Shown here: in pieces, positions 1 through 9,327 of the stretch
Position numbering within the stretch: the first letter of the stretch is position 1
How the letters are laid out: each line of letters starts with the position of its first letter
DNA from: Candidatus Culexarchaeum nevadense
GTDB lineage: Archaea; Thermoproteota; Methanomethylicia; Culexarchaeales; Culexarchaeaceae
Direction: 5' to 3'
NCBI GenBank assembly: GCA_025060975.1
Contig: JANZKA010000002.1
Location: forward strand, 5,629-69,628
Length of the DNA stretch: 64,000 bases
The notes under the pieces: model-generated
Database searches by the model: none
What the model saw: only the letters and a program-made list of their open reading frames with translations
Told to the model about the DNA's origin: nothing
Made by a program: the position numbers and the translations under genes

Positions 1-972
1 AAGAAACGTGCAAAATCTTCTAGTGGAATTAGATTTTCAGTTAAGAAGGAGGGGGCTGGACAGATAGTTCTAGTTGGCGATACTCTTACTGGTAAAAGTT
101 CCTTGCTTTCTCTACTTACCAATGCTAAGCCCACTATTGGTTCATCTCCATTTACAACTAGAACTCCTATTCCGGGGATGATGGAGTACTTGGATGTTCA
201 AGTTCAGTTGGTGGAGGTTCCAGCGATATCTATTGGTGTGCCATGGTTAAATTCTGCTTTAAGCTTATGTAGAAATGCTGATGGAATAGTGTTTGTGGTG
301 GATTTATCTAGGGATCCCATTGATAGTTTGAAGTTCATTTTTGAGAGAATTAAGAGTGCTAAGATAACTTTAAAGAAGCCTAGTGTTAGAATTGAGGTTG
401 AGAAGAGATCTTCTGGTGGTATACAGGTTTTCTGTAGTGGGTGTTTGAAGGATTGTGATGTTAGGGATATAATTGAACTATTTAAGTCTTATGGTTTGAA
501 TAATGTGTTTATAAAGATTTGGGGTGATGTTAGTTTAAGTGATGTGGAACGCTATATGGATTCCAGCATAGTTTACAAGCCTTCTCTCATAATAGCTAAT
601 AAGATTGATGTTGATGGCTCTATGGATAATTTAGTTAAACTTGAAAAGTCTTTGGGAGGTTTAACTAAGGTTATCCCATTTTCATGTATAAATCCTCCAT
701 TGGATCTCTTGAAATTGAAATCTGAGATTTATGGTATGCTTAACGTTATTAGGGTTTATACGAAGGAGGTTGGTGGTAGCCCATCTAAGAAGCCTCTCGT
801 AGTCCCGAAGGGGTTTAGGGTTATTGATGTAGCTAAGATCATTCACAGCCAATTATACAATAATTTTGGTTATGCAAGGGTTTGGGGTTCTTCTGTTAAG
901 TTCGATGGGGAGAGGGTTGGTCCTGATCATATTTTAAATGATGGTGATATTGTGGAAATAAGAACTAAATAA
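1..972 (+). CDS. DRG/Obg-family GTP-binding protein with C-terminal TGS domain (5' end outside window)
   Basis: Frame 1 is open from nt 1. Upstream of the first ATG (nt 103) it encodes ..QIVLVGDTLTGKSSLLS (P-loop GxxxxGKS). Further on are IANKID (NKxD G4 motif) and a TGS-like C-terminus ..ILNDGDIVEIRTK. Confidence 0.8.
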   Translation, partial: KKRAKSSSGIRFSVKKEGAGQIVLVGDTLTGKSSLLSLLTNAKPTIGSSPFTTRTPIPGMMEYLDVQVQLVEVPAISIGVPWLNSALSLCRNADGIVFVVDLSRDPIDSLKFIFERIKSAKITLKKPSVRIEVEKRSSGGIQVFCSGCLKDCDVRDIIELFKSYGLNNVFIKIWGDVSLSDVERYMDSSIVYKPSLIIANKIDVDGSMDNLVKLEKSLGGLTKVIPFSCINPPLDLLKLKSEIYGMLNVIRVYTKEVGGSPSKKPLVVPKGFRVIDVAKIIHSQLYNNFGYARVWGSSVKFDGERVGPDHILNDGDIVEIRTK

Positions 973-978
973 GTTTAC

Positions 979-1173
979 CTATTCCTTTTCCTTCTTCATC
1001 TGTCTATGAAGTATTGTTGCTCCAACCCCTATCACTATAATATCTATTATGAGCATCTCCAAATCTCCAATTATGTGTCTCGTGTTCAATATGTATGTGA
1101 GGAATGGTGTTAGAGATATTGTAAGTGCTGTGAATGGTGTTATGAGTTCCCTGAATATTGGCATGTATTCCAC
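979..1173 (-). CDS. small hypothetical membrane protein (64 codons)
   Basis: ORF directly abuts the upstream 185-aa ORF, in the same frame after its TAG. Two hydrophobic stretches (LITPFTALTISLTPFLTYIL, LIIDIIVIGVGATIL). First codon is GTG, with an ATG three codons in. No family recognised. Confidence 0.35.
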   Translation of the reverse strand: MEYMPIFRELITPFTALTISLTPFLTYILNTRHIIGDLEMLIIDIIVIGVGATILHRQMKKEKE

Positions 1174-1731
1174 CTACCTGTATAGTGTTGGTGGAGGTTC
1201 TTCACCGCCTTTACTAATCTTCATTTCCTCGATTTTCCTAGGCTCTCCCCACTTTATGTTTGGAATGTATATTAACGTGTATTTCTGTGCTTCAACATCC
1301 ACTATATATATGTAGAGTGTTGTATCTTTCTGTATATCGCTCAATCTATGCCTTCTGAATGCTGATGGATATATTATTGCCTTCTTCCTCTCTTCATCCA
1401 TAGCTACCGCCATTAGGAATGCATATTCACCTATGGTGAATATGTTTATCTCATTCCTCCCATACTTCCCTGCATCTATGTATTTATGGAATTCATTGAA
1501 CGTGTTGCTATCAGTTGATATCATTATTCCAAATGGTGATTGCTCATCTGCTTTACCAACTGATACTACTATTGGGTTTATTTCAAGTACATCGTACCCA
1601 GCTTTCTTAAGTTCCTCAGCTTTCCCCTTAATCTGTTGTATTAACGTATATCTCCCAATTTCGAAATCTTGTATCATTTTTTGTGGTTCAATCTTCTTCT
1701 TCCTATGGAATATTCGGCTAAATATGCTCAT
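1174..1731 (-). CDS. hypothetical protein (185 aa)
   Basis: Long non-repetitive ORF with the K/E/I-rich composition shared by the other minus-strand genes, preceded by a 358-nt ORF-free region. No family recognised. Confidence 0.5.
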   Translation of the reverse strand: MSIFSRIFHRKKKIEPQKMIQDFEIGRYTLIQQIKGKAEELKKAGYDVLEINPIVVSVGKADEQSPFGIMISTDSNTFNEFHKYIDAGKYGRNEINIFTIGEYAFLMAVAMDEERKKAIIYPSAFRRHRLSDIQKDTTLYIYIVDVEAQKYTLIYIPNIKWGEPRKIEEMKISKGGEEPPPTLYR

Positions 1732-2089
1732 CCCAATTCCACTTCTCCATTACCTATGTATAAATATTATTATAAAGTTAACCTTTTGTCGTATAGTTAA
1801 TATTTCACTTCAGCTTTTGGGGGCATTGATGATTTTCGCCGCTAATGGTAAATGATGGTACATCGAGAGTTGTTTTCTATTTTGATCATGAGAAGAAATC
1901 CTCACATGGATTACTACTTTCCTTGAGACGTTAAATTTAACAAATCCCATTTAACTCTTAACTTCGCACTCAAGAATCCTCCTAACATCAATAGTTCTAA
2001 TAATCCTTGCTTTTCTCTTTATAAGTGTATGGGATTAATTTTAACTTTTTATAATCCTTCCGGGTATCAGCAGTTTTCAGATGCTAATT

Positions 2090-2854
2090 TTAAGAATCGT
2101 TATGAAGAGTTTGGTTAACTATTCTTCTTCTCGTTTTAAATTCTTCTAAAATTTTCTCAGATATCTCTATGAACCCTTCACCATAAGGTTTTCTGGTGAT
2201 GATTTTTGCTACTTTCTTTGCATTTTCTGAGGCATTTGCAACTGCAACGCTAAATCCAGCTTCCATTAACATTTCCACATCTACATCGCTATCCCCAATT
2301 GCCATTACATTTTCACGTTTCAAATTCCATTTCTCCATTACTCTTTTTAGAGCGACCCCTTTATTCACTCTTCTATCACTTACATGTATTGCTACTCCAC
2401 TGAAAACAGCTTTTGCTTCTGGGATCATTCTACTTAAAACTTCCATAGTCTTTTTGTATGCATATTCCCATTCAATTCCATGTTTAACTTTGAAGGAGAA
2501 GTCTACTAATCTGTACATGCATTGCCAACTCTCGATTAGGATGTCTCCAAGCTCTCTTTTAATTATCTCTCTAGCTTTCTCTCCAATTTTCTTGTCTCCA
2601 ATAACTTCTATTTCTCCATTTAACCCCATTACCCCTCCATTTTCAGCTATTACGTAGTCTATTCCGCCTATATATCTTGCTAGTCCCATGAGTACTGGGT
2701 ATGCGTTTCCTGAAGCTAGAATCACTTTTAATCCGATATCTCTTTTCAGTTTCCTGAGCATTTCTATTGCATTTAAATCTAGTGTATTGTCTTTGCTCGT
2801 TATGGTTCCATCAACATCTATAACTATGCACTTTATTTCTGATAAGCTTATCAT
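2090..2854 (-). CDS. HAD-IIB (Cof-type) phosphatase, archaeal phosphoglycolate-phosphatase-like
   Basis: HAD motif I VIDVDGTIT, ..ILASGN.., motif IV GDSDVDVEM. About 250 aa with a cap domain. Start overlaps the stop of the upstream gene (ATGA at 2851-2854). Confidence 0.8.
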   Translation of the reverse strand: MISLSEIKCIVIDVDGTITSKDNTLDLNAIEMLRKLKRDIGLKVILASGNAYPVLMGLARYIGGIDYVIAENGGVMGLNGEIEVIGDKKIGEKAREIIKRELGDILIESWQCMYRLVDFSFKVKHGIEWEYAYKKTMEVLSRMIPEAKAVFSGVAIHVSDRRVNKGVALKRVMEKWNLKRENVMAIGDSDVDVEMLMEAGFSVAVANASENAKKVAKIITRKPYGEGFIEISEKILEEFKTRRRIVNQTLHNDS

Positions 2855-4755
2855 ATGCTAATTCCACCTACAATTATTTTTGATGTGTATTCTGCTAATG
2901 GACAGTTTGATTGACATTTACCGCATTTCACACATTTATCTTCATCTACTATTGGGTGATCTGAGATTTTTATGGCGTTTACCTTGCAAAGGTATTGGCA
3001 GGATCCACATTTTATGCAGTACATTCCTCTCAATATTGCTTTCAATGCTGATTTGAAGTATATTTCTGCATCTTCCTTGGATTTCGATATTACGGTTAAT
3101 TGTCCTTTTTGTGTTAAGGTAATGCTATTCTTCCCCATTATGGCTGTTGCTATTCTGAGTTTCTTTGAATATTTTACTTCGCCAATTACTGGTAGAACGT
3201 CTTTTATTCGTTCTAAATCTATTTCTACATCGAGTTTTGCTTCTATACTATAACTTTCTTGGCATGGACTGTACCCTGATATCTTGATAATCCTTGTTGG
3301 AAGCCTTTTTACTCCACACTCATCATTTACTGTTATCTTCTTCTCCTTAGCTATTCTCTTTTGATCTCCTGGAATTTTTATCCATCTCCATAAGCCCATT
3401 TCAACCCATTCTTCATCATACCCCCTATCTTTAGCCCATTTCATAAGTTTCTCTTTCCATGCACTCCATAATTCTGGATGTATTTTTTCAACTAGTTTAA
3501 ATTCGGCTAATTCGCATGATGGGCATAGCCAACATCCAAGTCTATCAAATCCCATTTGATATAGTGGGTTTACTGGAGCTTTCTTCCACATTACATATAA
3601 CCATACGTGTAGTGCAGACCAATCCATTATTGGGCTTGCATTTATTGAGTCTGGTAGCCATTTGTTCTTCCATATGCTTGGGGATTTCGCTCTAGTTAGA
3701 GATTCATATTTCCTTTGACCAACTAGTGTGAGGGCTCCTGAAGGGTAATTGTTTTTCATAGCTTTTAGTATTGGTATTAGTTTGCATGTTTTGCAGCACC
3801 ATCTATAATCTCTTGCTGGTGGTCCGAATACTTCTATGGCACTCCAGAATATGCCGTTTGCTTCAGCTTTTATTAGCTCTACATTCATGATTTTTGATAT
3901 TTCTTCAACGTATGATACTGTTTCAGGTAGCTCAAGTCCTGTATCATTGAATAGCATCTTTTGATTGATTCCTGCTTCTAATGATAGTAGTAGTGTTGCT
4001 AGGCTATCCTTTCCACCTGAGAATGATGTGCATACTGGTCTTCCATACTTCTTTTCAACTTCAATTATGAATGATTTAGCTCTTGCCTCTAATAGTTCTA
4101 GAGATTTTGAATTGGCTTTTAATGCTTTGTCTATGGTTGCTTTTGCTTTAATTATATGTGGGCTTTGGGGTTCCCAGACTTTTATAACCTTTATTTCATT
4201 TCCCTCGTATACACCTACTCCTATGGATTTTCCATTTATATTTCCAATAGCCACCATTTTTCCATAATGATTTGGTATTTCTCCATCAATGATTTCTGAT
4301 CTACTTATTCTATCCCATTTTTCAATTCTCTCTTTACGGATTCTACACCAGTATCCTGCTTTATCCATTATTAGTCTTGTAGCCCCCTCCTCTACTGGTT
4401 TGAATCTCCAAATTCCAATTCTAGGTTCATAGTATATTTGTCCAATGACTCTCCCATCCACTATTACTTCATCTGCTTGATCTATGTGTGGAATCTTGTT
4501 GAGCAGTATTATCTTCCCTTCACCTATTAGTGTTTTTTCAGCTTTATGATCTTCGTACTCCATTCTTATAGTTCTCCTAATTCTATCTTCATCTTCTTTG
4601 AATGCTGGTCTAGCATCGATTGGTGGTGTTGCGGATAATCTTCTCCCAATTTCACCACATATTTCACATTTCGGTGTTATTAGTGGGATATTGCAGTTTC
4701 TACACCAATATACTTCTGCTTTTTCACGCCATATTTGTTTCTTCATTTTCTGCAT
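2851..4755 (-). CDS. PAPS-reductase-family PP-loop ATP pyrophosphatase with N-terminal zinc ribbon/PUA-like region and C-terminal 2x[4Fe-4S] ferredoxin domain
   Basis: CRNCNIP..CEICG zinc ribbon at the N-terminus, PP-loop SFSGGKDS, and C-terminal CIKCGSCQYLC and CVKCGKCQSNCP ferredoxin motifs. Confidence 0.8.
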   Translation of the reverse strand: MQKMKKQIWREKAEVYWCRNCNIPLITPKCEICGEIGRRLSATPPIDARPAFKEDEDRIRRTIRMEYEDHKAEKTLIGEGKIILLNKIPHIDQADEVIVDGRVIGQIYYEPRIGIWRFKPVEEGATRLIMDKAGYWCRIRKERIEKWDRISRSEIIDGEIPNHYGKMVAIGNINGKSIGVGVYEGNEIKVIKVWEPQSPHIIKAKATIDKALKANSKSLELLEARAKSFIIEVEKKYGRPVCTSFSGGKDSLATLLLSLEAGINQKMLFNDTGLELPETVSYVEEISKIMNVELIKAEANGIFWSAIEVFGPPARDYRWCCKTCKLIPILKAMKNNYPSGALTLVGQRKYESLTRAKSPSIWKNKWLPDSINASPIMDWSALHVWLYVMWKKAPVNPLYQMGFDRLGCWLCPSCELAEFKLVEKIHPELWSAWKEKLMKWAKDRGYDEEWVEMGLWRWIKIPGDQKRIAKEKKITVNDECGVKRLPTRIIKISGYSPCQESYSIEAKLDVEIDLERIKDVLPVIGEVKYSKKLRIATAIMGKNSITLTQKGQLTVISKSKEDAEIYFKSALKAILRGMYCIKCGSCQYLCKVNAIKISDHPIVDEDKCVKCGKCQSNCPLAEYTSKIIVGGISI

Positions 4756-4888
4756 TAAATACTCTGGCTAGGTATCTTATATTTGTCTTGTATGTTTATT
4801 TTACGTCTCAACTTTTCTTGACTTTTTCCTCTAGATTTTTTGTGTCATTTTCATGGTTAGCTGATGATCTCGTAGTAGATTTACATCA

Positions 4889-6124
4889 TCATCTTTTCAT
4901 GTAGTATTTCACAACCTTTTTTACTGCTCTAGCTGTGTCTATTGCTTCATCATCTGTTAGTGATGGTTGGGTTGGCAATGTTAATACTCTTTCACTTACG
5001 TATTCTGCATTTGGGCATAGTCCTGGCTTGTACGTTATCTTCTTGTTGTAGTGTGGGCATGTCCATGGACACCCCTTTCCATGTCCAGTCATTTGCTGGA
5101 ATATTGGTTCCATGTATAATGGTGTTGGGTATGCTACTGAAACATATACGTTCTCTCTTCTTATGGCTTCATATATTTCATCTCTACTTTTCCTCAGTTT
5201 CTCTATTTCCAGAAGAATGTTGTATATGTGCCATACATGTTTAACCCTCTTCTTCTCTATTGGGGTTTTTATAGCTTCACAATCGCTTATTTCATCATTG
5301 TATATCTTTACAATCTCTCTCCTCCTATTGTTAAGTTCATCTATCTTTCTTAATTGGAGTATTCCTATGGCTGCTTGTATTTCAGTCATCCTATAATTGT
5401 ATCCTATGGTTGTATAGTGGTATCTTGATGTTTCCCCATGACTTCTCATTAACTTCACTTTTTCAGCTATTTCGTCATTGTTTGTAGTTACCATTCCACC
5501 TTCACCTGTAGTTATGTTTTTGCTTATATAGAAGCTGAAGGCATTTACATCTCCTATACTTCCAACTTTTACACCATCATATTCTGCTCCTATTGCTTGT
5601 GCACAGTCTTCTATTAATATTAACCCTCTCTCCATGCATATCTTCTTTATATCCATTATTTCTGCTGGTTGTCCGCATAAGTGTACTGCGATTACAGCTT
5701 TAGTTTTATCACTTATCCTCTCTTCTATGCTTTCTGGATTTATGTTGTAGTCTTCAATGTTTATGTCTGCGAATACTGGTATGGCGTTTTGGTGTAGTAT
5801 TGTTGATGCTGTGGCTATGAATGTGAATGGTGTGGTTATGACTTCATCTCCAGGACCTATACCTGAGGCTCTTAATGCTAAGTGTAGTGCAGTTGTCCCG
5901 TTGGATACTGCTATTGCATGTTTAACGTTTATATATCTTTTGAAGTCTTCTTCGAACTCCCTTATCTTCGTTCCAACACTCATAGTCCATCTTCCACTCT
6001 TTAAAACTCTTACTATTTCCTCTATCTCTTCTTCTGTTAATTCTGGTAGTGCCATTATGGGTTTATCTCTAATTGGTTTTCCTCCTTCTATTGCAGGTTT
6101 ATTTATGGTTTCCATAATCTCCAC
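4889..6124 (-). CDS. DegT/DnrJ/EryC1/StrS-family PLP-dependent (sugar) aminotransferase
   Basis: SNGTTALHLALRASGIGPGDEVITTPFTFIATA, and a FSFYISKNITTGEGG PLP-lysine region. Length 411 aa. True start may be the ATG three codons into the GTG-initiated ORF. Confidence 0.85.
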   Translation of the reverse strand: MEIMETINKPAIEGGKPIRDKPIMALPELTEEEIEEIVRVLKSGRWTMSVGTKIREFEEDFKRYINVKHAIAVSNGTTALHLALRASGIGPGDEVITTPFTFIATASTILHQNAIPVFADINIEDYNINPESIEERISDKTKAVIAVHLCGQPAEIMDIKKICMERGLILIEDCAQAIGAEYDGVKVGSIGDVNAFSFYISKNITTGEGGMVTTNNDEIAEKVKLMRSHGETSRYHYTTIGYNYRMTEIQAAIGILQLRKIDELNNRRREIVKIYNDEISDCEAIKTPIEKKRVKHVWHIYNILLEIEKLRKSRDEIYEAIRRENVYVSVAYPTPLYMEPIFQQMTGHGKGCPWTCPHYNKKITYKPGLCPNAEYVSERVLTLPTQPSLTDDEAIDTARAVKKVVKYYMKR

Positions 6125-6169
6125 TTTTTAACTATTATTTACTCTATTTCAGTTATAAGCTTTTTTAAT

Positions 6170-6622
6170 TTAACTAACGAAGTTTTCTTTTACAACGCTT
6201 AAAGCTATGCTTGTAACTGTCCTCTTCACGTGTGGTATTGTGAGTATTCCTTTTATCAGTTTATTTAAGTGTTCTCTGTCTTTAACTTTTGCTATTACAA
6301 CTATATCGAAATCTCCTGTTACATCGTATACACTCATATTTTCCTCGTATTTTGCAAGTTTCTCTTCAACTTCAATTATGTGTGGTCCATCTACTTGTAG
6401 CATTATGATTGCAGTTAGATCGTACCCTAATTTCGAGTAGTCTATGTTTATCGTGTACCCCTTTATTATGCCATGTTCCTCTAGTCTTTTTATCCTATTG
6501 TATACGGCTCCTATGGATATTCCCATAGCTTCAGCTATCTCTTTATATGTGAGTTTTGAATTCTCTTTTAGTCTCCTTATTATCTCGAGATCTACATCAT
6601 CTATCTCTACCTTATCTTTCAT
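6170..6622 (-). CDS. Lrp/AsnC-family transcriptional regulator
   Basis: HTH region DLEIIRRLKENSKLTYKEIAEAMGISIGAVYNRIKRLEEHGII plus a RAM/ACT-like C-terminus. ORF track extends to 6655, but the ATG at 6622-6620 overlaps the glnA TGA by 1 nt (TGATG), so I take that as the start. Confidence 0.85.
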   Translation of the reverse strand: MKDKVEIDDVDLEIIRRLKENSKLTYKEIAEAMGISIGAVYNRIKRLEEHGIIKGYTINIDYSKLGYDLTAIIMLQVDGPHIIEVEEKLAKYEENMSVYDVTGDFDIVVIAKVKDREHLNKLIKGILTIPHVKRTVTSIALSVVKENFVS

Positions 6623-7911
6623 CACGCTTTCACCAAGTATCTTTCTATTTCCCATTCTGTTATCTCATTATCGTCTACCTTGTTTTTTGATATGTAATTT
6701 TGGTAATCCATCCATTCCATCGTCTTGTTTTTCACTATTTCTTCATGTAATTCTCTAATTAGGATCTTCTTCATGTATTCACTTTTCTTGAATTCTTCTA
6801 TGGCTTCTCCAAGGTTTGATGGTAGATTCTCATATTTCCCTTGAGTTTTGTAAGCATTTTCCTTGCATGGTTCCATTGGAGTTAACTCTTCATTTATCCC
6901 TCTAATTGCAGCGGCGATAACTGCGATTATCGCTAGGTATGGGTTGGATGATGGGTCTGGATGCCTATATTCAATTCTACAATTCTCTTCATCTATTGTC
7001 ATTGGCACTCTTATTAGTGTTGATCTGTTTCCATATCCCCAGCATATTTTGTTTGGAGCTTCATATCCTGGTTTTAATCTCTTATAGGAGTTTACTGTTG
7101 GAGCTACTAGTATTGATATTTCCCTTGAGCTTTTCAGTATTCCAGCTATTGCTTGTAAAGCTTTTTGACTTATGTTTCCTTCATCTCTATCATAGAATAG
7201 GTTTCTTCCATCAATATCTTGTAAGCTTATGTGTATGTGCATTCCACTTCCATTCATGTTTTTAAATGGTTTTGGCATGTATGTTACTTCTAAACCATAT
7301 CTTTTTGCAATCTCCTTTGTAACCATTTTTGCTATTATTATGTTGTCTGCTGTGGATATTGGGTCTGAAGCTTTTATGGCATATTCATATTGTCCTTCGG
7401 CTGCTTCATGATGTGTTTTCTCAACTTCTATTCCAATTCTATTTAATTTATCCATGATTTCTAGTTGTATCTTTTCAGCTTTAGCGTATGGTGCTATTTC
7501 AAAGTATTGATCTCTGTCTATTGGTTCTACCCCTTTTACTCTCCTAATTATGAAGTATTCTATTTCTACTCCCACTTTGAATTTTAACCCTTTAAGCTCA
7601 AGCTCCTTAACGTATTCCTTTAAGCTCATTCTCGTATTCTTGGTATATGGTTCACCTGAAGCTTTTTCAATGTCGCAGATGGCTATCTTCATTATCCTAG
7701 CACCCGTCTTCAATGTTTTCATGGTTTTTATGTCTGGTTTTGCCAGTAAGTCGCTTTCTTCTATTGGTGCATGTCCTTTAATTGATGATCCATCAAAGCA
7801 TATTATTTTCTGTTTGTTTGTTGAAGTTTTCAGTATTAGCCCTCTTGGTTTTCCATCTAAATCTATTATTATTGGTTTTAGGTACTCTATTTCATTCATT
7901 TTTCTATGCAC
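6622..7911 (-). CDS. glnA: glutamine synthetase (short type I)
   Basis: NGSGMHIHISL motif, ..NSYKRL.., ..RVP.. and full-length GS-like order. True start may be the internal ATG (MNEIEY..). Confidence 0.9.
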   Translation of the reverse strand: MHRKMNEIEYLKPIIIDLDGKPRGLILKTSTNKQKIICFDGSSIKGHAPIEESDLLAKPDIKTMKTLKTGARIMKIAICDIEKASGEPYTKNTRMSLKEYVKELELKGLKFKVGVEIEYFIIRRVKGVEPIDRDQYFEIAPYAKAEKIQLEIMDKLNRIGIEVEKTHHEAAEGQYEYAIKASDPISTADNIIIAKMVTKEIAKRYGLEVTYMPKPFKNMNGSGMHIHISLQDIDGRNLFYDRDEGNISQKALQAIAGILKSSREISILVAPTVNSYKRLKPGYEAPNKICWGYGNRSTLIRVPMTIDEENCRIEYRHPDPSSNPYLAIIAVIAAAIRGINEELTPMEPCKENAYKTQGKYENLPSNLGEAIEEFKKSEYMKKILIRELHEEIVKNKTMEWMDYQNYISKNKVDDNEITEWEIERYLVKA

Positions 7912-8071
7912 ATTAAATTAATTGTTTTTCTTGATTTAATGTTTTCTGTTAAATTTTTTCATCTTGTTATGGTTTTCTGAAAATATTTTTCATGTGGGAA
8001 TTTATCACGTATAGCCATTTATGATGTGATTTCTGGAAACCATTCATTTGTGGATAATCTACTTTATTCCT

Positions 8072-8425
8072 TTATTTTCTAGATATTCTCGGTTCTACTT
8101 CAAGTATTATCCTTCTAATTCCATCTATACTTACTTTTCCATTTCTAATTATTTCATCTCTTTCTGGTATTATCATTTTCCCCTTATACATTCCACTTGG
8201 ATTGTTGAGGTAGAAGACTTGTAGTGCTAGTATTGCGACGTTTATTTTCTTCCCCCCATATTTTGAGATTAGCTCTTCTAGATCGCTTCTACTTATACCA
8301 GTTCTTTTCTGTAAAGCTTTTATTATCCCCTCTGGATCTTCATCCATTACTTCAAGTATGTCATTTATTGTTATGTTGTGTTCTTTTAGGAAGTCTTTTA
8401 ATGCATCTCTCAAACTTATGTACAT
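8072..8425 (-). CDS. hypothetical protein (117 aa)
   Basis: Isolated ORF with normal composition, flanked by AT-rich gaps. No family recognised. Confidence 0.45.
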   Translation of the reverse strand: MYISLRDALKDFLKEHNITINDILEVMDEDPEGIIKALQKRTGISRSDLEELISKYGGKKINVAILALQVFYLNNPSGMYKGKMIIPERDEIIRNGKVSIDGIRRIILEVEPRISRK

Positions 8426-8474
8426 TTCAATTCAATAAATGTAAAAATTTTGGGGGTAAATAGTTGTTTTGTTT

Positions 8475-9326
8475 TTAATTGAGTTTATTTTGCATTTTTG
8501 CGGCTTTTATTAGGTTTCTCATTAGTATTGCTATTATCATTGGTCCAACTCCGCCTGGTACTGGTGTTATTGCTGAGGCTTTTGTTGAGACTTCATTCAT
8601 GTTTACATCTCCAACCAATTTGTCTCCTATGTAGTTGAATCCACAATCTACGACGACAGCCCCCTCTTTAACCATGTCTCCAGTTATTGCTTGTGGTTTT
8701 GCTATGTCTACTATGAGTATGTCTGCATTTCTAGTGTGTTTTGTGAGGTTTGGTGATGTGTATTCGCATATGGTTACATCTGCTCCGCTATTTAGTAGCA
8801 GTGCTGCAAGTGGTTTTCCAGTGAGTTCTGTGGCTCCAACTATTACTGCATGTTTACCTTCAACTTTAACTCTATATTCTTTGAATAACTCCATTATCCC
8901 TTCAGCTGCTGGTGATACTAGGCATTCCTCCTTTAGGTATAATTTTCCAATATTTATTGGGTGTAATCCATCGATATCCTTTTCAGGTTTAACTCTCGCT
9001 GAAATTCTCTTTTCATTTATATGTTTTGGTAATGGTAGTTGTATGACTATGCCATGAACATTTTTGTCTTCATTAAGTTTATCTACGATTTTTATGAGTT
9101 CTCCTTCACTTATATCTTCTGGTAGACTGTGTATTTCTGATTCCATTCCAAGTCTTTTAGCTCTTCTAGCTTTCATATTTACATATGATGTTGATGCTGG
9201 ATCTTTCCCAACAAGTATTAATGCTATTTTTGGTGTTACTCCAGCTTCCACTAGCTTCTTTACTTCTACTTTTAACTCTTCAAATATCTTTTCTGATAGT
9301 TTGTTTCCATCAAGTATTGTTGGAAT
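8475..9326 (-). CDS. folD: bifunctional methylene-THF dehydrogenase / methenyl-THF cyclohydrolase
   Basis: VGKDPASTSYVNMKARRA, IVIQLPLP, DIDGLHP, and ITPVPGGVGPM at the C-terminus. The conserved N-terminus (PTILDGNKLSEKI..) lies upstream of the first canonical start (GTG 9251). I extend to the ATT at 9326-9324; see finding. Confidence 0.8.
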   Translation of the reverse strand: MPTILDGNKLSEKIFEELKVEVKKLVEAGVTPKIALILVGKDPASTSYVNMKARRAKRLGMESEIHSLPEDISEGELIKIVDKLNEDKNVHGIVIQLPLPKHINEKRISARVKPEKDIDGLHPINIGKLYLKEECLVSPAAEGIMELFKEYRVKVEGKHAVIVGATELTGKPLAALLLNSGADVTICEYTSPNLTKHTRNADILIVDIAKPQAITGDMVKEGAVVVDCGFNYIGDKLVGDVNMNEVSTKASAITPVPGGVGPMIIAILMRNLIKAAKMQNKLN

Positions 9327-9327
9327 T

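Noticed and set aside
1174-1176. In-frame TAG as a pyrrolysine codon.
   Set aside because: No pylS/pylBCD or methylamine methyltransferase genes are in the window, and TAG is used as an ordinary stop elsewhere, for example at the moaB end (39372-39374). It is kept only as a low-interest read-through note.
1732-2089. A 358-nt ORF-free gap with four AATCCT words (1897, 1975, 2002, 2053) and a TAATCC/GGATTA inverted pair. Considered as an ncRNA or repeat element.
   Set aside because: Spacing is irregular, the words are short for an AT-rich sequence, and I found no C/D-box (RUGAUGA...CUGA) arrangement and no GC-rich stem typical of structured RNAs in thermophiles. It most likely holds the promoter/5' region of the 1731 gene and the 3' region of the HAD gene.
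4863-4890. GATGAT ... ATCATC inverted repeat (6-bp stem, 16-nt loop) with a TGATGA word at the DegT 3' end. Considered as a C/D-box sRNA or terminator hairpin.
   Set aside because: No D box (CUGA) at appropriate spacing on either strand, the stem overlaps the DegT stop codon, and there is no oligo-T tract downstream on the transcribed strand.
7912-8071. ATGATGTGA / TGATTTCTGG words in the glnA upstream gap. Considered as a C/D-box sRNA.
   Set aside because: The C-box match is imperfect, and no CUGA D or D' boxes occur at 10-12-nt guide spacing.
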